Below are positions 61,336-64,000 of a stretch of 64,000 bases of DNA, piece by piece. The translations under genes were made by a program, and so were the position numbers. The notes beneath the pieces are model-generated. The model made no database searches and was not told where the DNA came from. It worked only from the letters and a program-made list of their open reading frames with translations. Within the stretch, counting starts at the first letter, position 1; the number at the start of each line of letters is the position of its first letter. Source of the stretch: Bacillota bacterium (lineage in GTDB: Bacteria > Bacillota > Clostridia > Acetivibrionales > JAMNXU01); the NCBI GenBank assembly GCA_023623175.1, contig JAMNXU010000026.1, forward strand, positions 10,383-74,382, in the 5' to 3' direction.

Positions 61336-61371
61336 CAACAAAAAATAGCCGCGTATATTATATCGGCTATT
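61336..61371 (-). terminator. Intrinsic terminator after the MBL-fold hydrolase gene
   Basis: The minus strand reads AAUAGCCG-N12-CGGCUAUU followed by UUUUUGUUG. Confidence 0.65.
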
Positions 61372-61424
61372 TTATCCTGCTTTTAAATACCGTTTCGACA
61401 ATCATAATGTGATTCTAATGTGTT

Positions 61425-62060
61425 TCAGCACTCGAGGACCAAAACTTTGGGGAAGCTGCTGAGCGTGTCCCTGCTGACTTCTATTTCACTTTTCCCGGCC
61501 CGTTCTCCGCCGCCGACGGCAGACAGGAAGCGGTCCACCGGGTCCAGGTTGAAAGTAAGTTTTTCGGTCTTATAGTGCATCGGAATGGTAATTGACGGAT
61601 TCATCCTGTTTACCAATTCGGATGCTGCGCGGTAATCTATCGTATATGTCCCGCCTACAGGTATTAAAAGTATATCCACTTTTCCGATCTCGCGGACCTG
61701 TTCTTCATCGGGCAGATGGCCCAGGTCCCCGCAGTGGCAGACTCTCAGCCCGTCAATATCAAAGCAGTAAATTATATTTTTGCCTCTTTTTGCTCCTTCA
61801 AACTCATCATGCCACGTTTCTATGCCCGTAATGCCAATACCCCTTTCTACATATGCACCGGGCTCTTTAAAATGCTTGAATCTGCCCCTGATGGCTCCGA
61901 TATTGTAATGGTCGGCATGGCTGTGGCTTGTTGTAAGGATGTCCGCTTCCGTTTCCGGCAGCCGGAAACCCACATATTCATCATACGGGTCGGTAACTAT
62001 GCGGACCCCTTTGTCCGATGTTATAAGAAAACAGGCATGTCCCAACCATGTGATCTTCAT
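61425..62060 (-). CDS. MBL-fold metallo-hydrolase (UPF0173-like)
   Basis: The sequence begins MKITWLGHACFLITS and contains the HSHADH metal-binding motif. Confidence 0.85.
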   Translation of the reverse strand: MKITWLGHACFLITSDKGVRIVTDPYDEYVGFRLPETEADILTTSHSHADHYNIGAIRGRFKHFKEPGAYVERGIGITGIETWHDEFEGAKRGKNIIYCFDIDGLRVCHCGDLGHLPDEEQVREIGKVDILLIPVGGTYTIDYRAASELVNRMNPSITIPMHYKTEKLTFNLDPVDRFLSAVGGGERAGKSEIEVSRDTLSSFPKVLVLEC

Positions 62061-62072
62061 AATGCACCTCCG

Positions 62073-63767
62073 CTACATCCTTTCCGGAGCATTTACGCTC
62101 AATATGTCAAGAACGTTTTTGATTACCGTTCTTGTACAGTCAACCAAAAGCAGCCGCGCTTTCATGAGCCGCTCTTCTTCTCCCTTGACGCGGCATGCGT
62201 TGTAAAAGCTGTGGAAGCATGACGCCACATCGGTCACATAGCGCGTAAGCCTGCTGGGCTCAAGGGTCTGGGCCGATATGGCAATTTCCTCGGGCAGTTC
62301 GGCGAGCTTTTTCATAAGGTCAATTTCTTCAGGCTGCACAAGCAGCGAAAGGTCCACATCTTCGGGATCGGGTACGGAAATGCCCTCTTCCCCGAGCAGC
62401 CTTATCATGCTGCAAATCCTTGCATGGGCATATTGAACATAATACACGGGATTTTCATTGCTTTGGCGTACTGCAAGGTCGAGGTCGAAATCCAGGTGGC
62501 TGCCCGAAGCCTTCATGTTAAAGAAGAAACGCGCGGCGTCCCTTCCGACTTCCTCCAGGAGGTCCTCCAGTGAAATGGCCTTGCCGGTTCTTTTGGACAT
62601 CCTGACAATTTCGCCGTTCCTGTACAGCCGCACAAGCTGGAACAAAACTACTTCGAGCTTGTCCGGATCTATGCCGAGGGCTTTCATCGCGCTCTTCATC
62701 CTGGCCACATGCCCGTGGTGGTCGGCGCCCCACAGGTTGATAACGCGATCAAAACCTCTCTTTACGAACTTGTTCCTGTGGTATGCGATATCGGAAGCGA
62801 GGTACGTTGGAACACCGTTATTTCTTATCAGGACCTCGTCCTTTTCGGCTCCAAAATCCGTCGCCTTAAACCACAGGGCTCCTTCCTTTTCATAGGTATA
62901 CCCTTTTTCTTTCAGGTAGTTAATCGTATCCTGGACTTCCCCGCTGTCATAGAGGGATTGTTCGGAAAACCAGACATCAAAGGTTATACCGTAGCTTTCC
63001 AGCGCAGTCCTGATTTTTTCAATATTTTTCGGAAGGGCGTATTCCACGAGGGCTTTTCTCCTCTGTTCCGAAGGCACATCCCCGAGCTTGTCGCCGTATT
63101 CCCTGTAGTACTGGGCCGCATGTTCAATGATATCTTCGCCATGGTAGCCGTCTTCAGGGAATTCAACGTTTTCCCCTCCGGGCAGTTGCTGAAGATATCT
63201 TGCTTCCAGGGATTCGCCAAATTTTTCTATCTGGTTTCCCGCGTCATTTATGTAAAACTCACGGGTAACATCGTAACCTGCCGCTTCGAGAACTCCTGCA
63301 ATGCAGTCTCCCAAAGCACCTCCGCGGGCATTGCCCATGTGAAGCGGACCTGTGGGATTCGCGCTGACGAATTCAACCATGACCTTTTGACCGCGGCCTA
63401 TGTTTATCTTCCCGTAATCCTGCTTTTCCGCATGTATGACTTTGAGGACGTCATAAAGCCACCTATTGGTCAGGTAAAAATTGATAAACCCCGGTCCCGC
63501 GCACTCTACCCTGTCAATATACGTGTTCTCTATATCCATGTGTTCCTTTATTATTTCCGCAATCTGCCTCGGATTTTTCCTGACCTCGCGCACGAGCTGC
63601 ATGGCAATGTTGGTGGAAAAATCGCCGTGTTCTTTTTCCCTTGGTTTTTCAATAATAATGTCGTTTACACGGACCGGCGGAAGTTGTCCCGATGCTGCGG
63701 CTTTTTCTATTGCATCCGTTACAACTTTTTTTATTTCATTTTTCACATTATCCACAACATTTGTCAT
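62073..63767 (-). CDS. argS: Arginine--tRNA ligase
   Basis: A HIGH-type motif (PLHMGNARGG) and a KMSKS-type motif (RMSKRTGKA). The start is tentatively MTNVV (63767). Confidence 0.95.
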   Translation of the reverse strand: MTNVVDNVKNEIKKVVTDAIEKAAASGQLPPVRVNDIIIEKPREKEHGDFSTNIAMQLVREVRKNPRQIAEIIKEHMDIENTYIDRVECAGPGFINFYLTNRWLYDVLKVIHAEKQDYGKINIGRGQKVMVEFVSANPTGPLHMGNARGGALGDCIAGVLEAAGYDVTREFYINDAGNQIEKFGESLEARYLQQLPGGENVEFPEDGYHGEDIIEHAAQYYREYGDKLGDVPSEQRRKALVEYALPKNIEKIRTALESYGITFDVWFSEQSLYDSGEVQDTINYLKEKGYTYEKEGALWFKATDFGAEKDEVLIRNNGVPTYLASDIAYHRNKFVKRGFDRVINLWGADHHGHVARMKSAMKALGIDPDKLEVVLFQLVRLYRNGEIVRMSKRTGKAISLEDLLEEVGRDAARFFFNMKASGSHLDFDLDLAVRQSNENPVYYVQYAHARICSMIRLLGEEGISVPDPEDVDLSLLVQPEEIDLMKKLAELPEEIAISAQTLEPSRLTRYVTDVASCFHSFYNACRVKGEEERLMKARLLLVDCTRTVIKNVLDILSVNAPERM

Positions 63768-64000
63768 TGGTCTGACCAACCTCTCTTATCTGCATGTAGA
63801 AATCATTTTCTCCTGTCTTATTATTATCTATTTCAAGCTTATAATCAACCCATATTTCTCCACCGTTCTCGTCGATGTTTATGTTGAGGTCGTTGGTGAA
63901 CACGCCGACAGTAAATGCGCCGTAGGCAGTATCATAATAAGAAAGATGCTTTCTCCCGCGCTCAAATACAAACTGGGCATTCACTGCTCCCGTCCTCATA
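63748..64000 (-). CDS. DUF1934 (YwiB-like) protein, partial (5' end outside window)
   Basis: A small beta-barrel-type protein in the conserved position immediately upstream of argS in Firmicutes. The frame is open to the window edge. Confidence 0.6.
   Translation of the reverse strand, partial: MRTGAVNAQFVFERGRKHLSYYDTAYGAFTVGVFTNDLNINIDENGGEIWVDYKLEIDNNKTGENDFYMQIREVGQTNDKCCG

Noticed and set aside
62709-63887. A large 392-aa plus-strand ORF, together with similar long ORFs at 41561-42706, 13034-13966, 47363-48250, 22130-22990, 16624-17382, 27552-28304, 58781-59500, 44423-45160, 8065-8769 and 273-890.
   Set aside because: All lie antisense to, or out of frame within, confidently identified conserved genes (argS, ilvD, moxR, gldG-like, rpoC, tuf, rpoB and others). 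They have low-complexity or odd composition and no RBS, so they are shadow ORFs.

Overview
The window looks like a chromosomal segment of a spore-forming Clostridia-type Firmicute. The evidence is spoIIR, a CtpB-like S41 peptidase, an SLH-domain surface protein, and the Firmicute order rpmG-secE-nusG-rplKAJL-rpoBC-(L7Ae-like)-rpsLG-fusA-tuf. Almost every gene is on the minus strand.

Core content:
- The translation/transcription supercluster occupies about 16.7-33.7 kb.
- Flanking it are housekeeping metabolism genes: proBA, ilvBD, argS, and a three-gene sulfide/aspartate-semialdehyde-type homocysteine module.
- Envelope and other genes are also present: FemAB-racemase-PBP2, MoxR-DUF58-DUF4129, a soluble MCP with a CZB domain, a GldG-type ABC module, and a P-type ATPase.
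- I found no rRNA, tRNA, CRISPR-cas, transposase, integrase or phage genes.

Most unusual points:
1. The rplL-rpoB spacer is 916 nt. It holds seven tandem 47-nt hairpin+U-tract units facing three inverted copies, beside an overlapping divergent (back-to-back) promoter pair.
2. A four-gene envelope cluster combines a GT-C glycosyltransferase, a DPPR-synthase-like UbiA, a DUF362 protein and a flippase-like protein. It resembles a polyprenyl-phosphate pentose donor pathway but lacks the known epimerase and phosphatase.
3. Intergenic DNA across the window is built from locally unique, decayed tandem duplications of 10-50 nt. Many start inside the last codons and stop codon of the upstream gene.

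CDS coordinates follow the supplied ORF track, with starts re-picked where an RBS supports it. Hand-located small motifs may be off by 1-2 nt.
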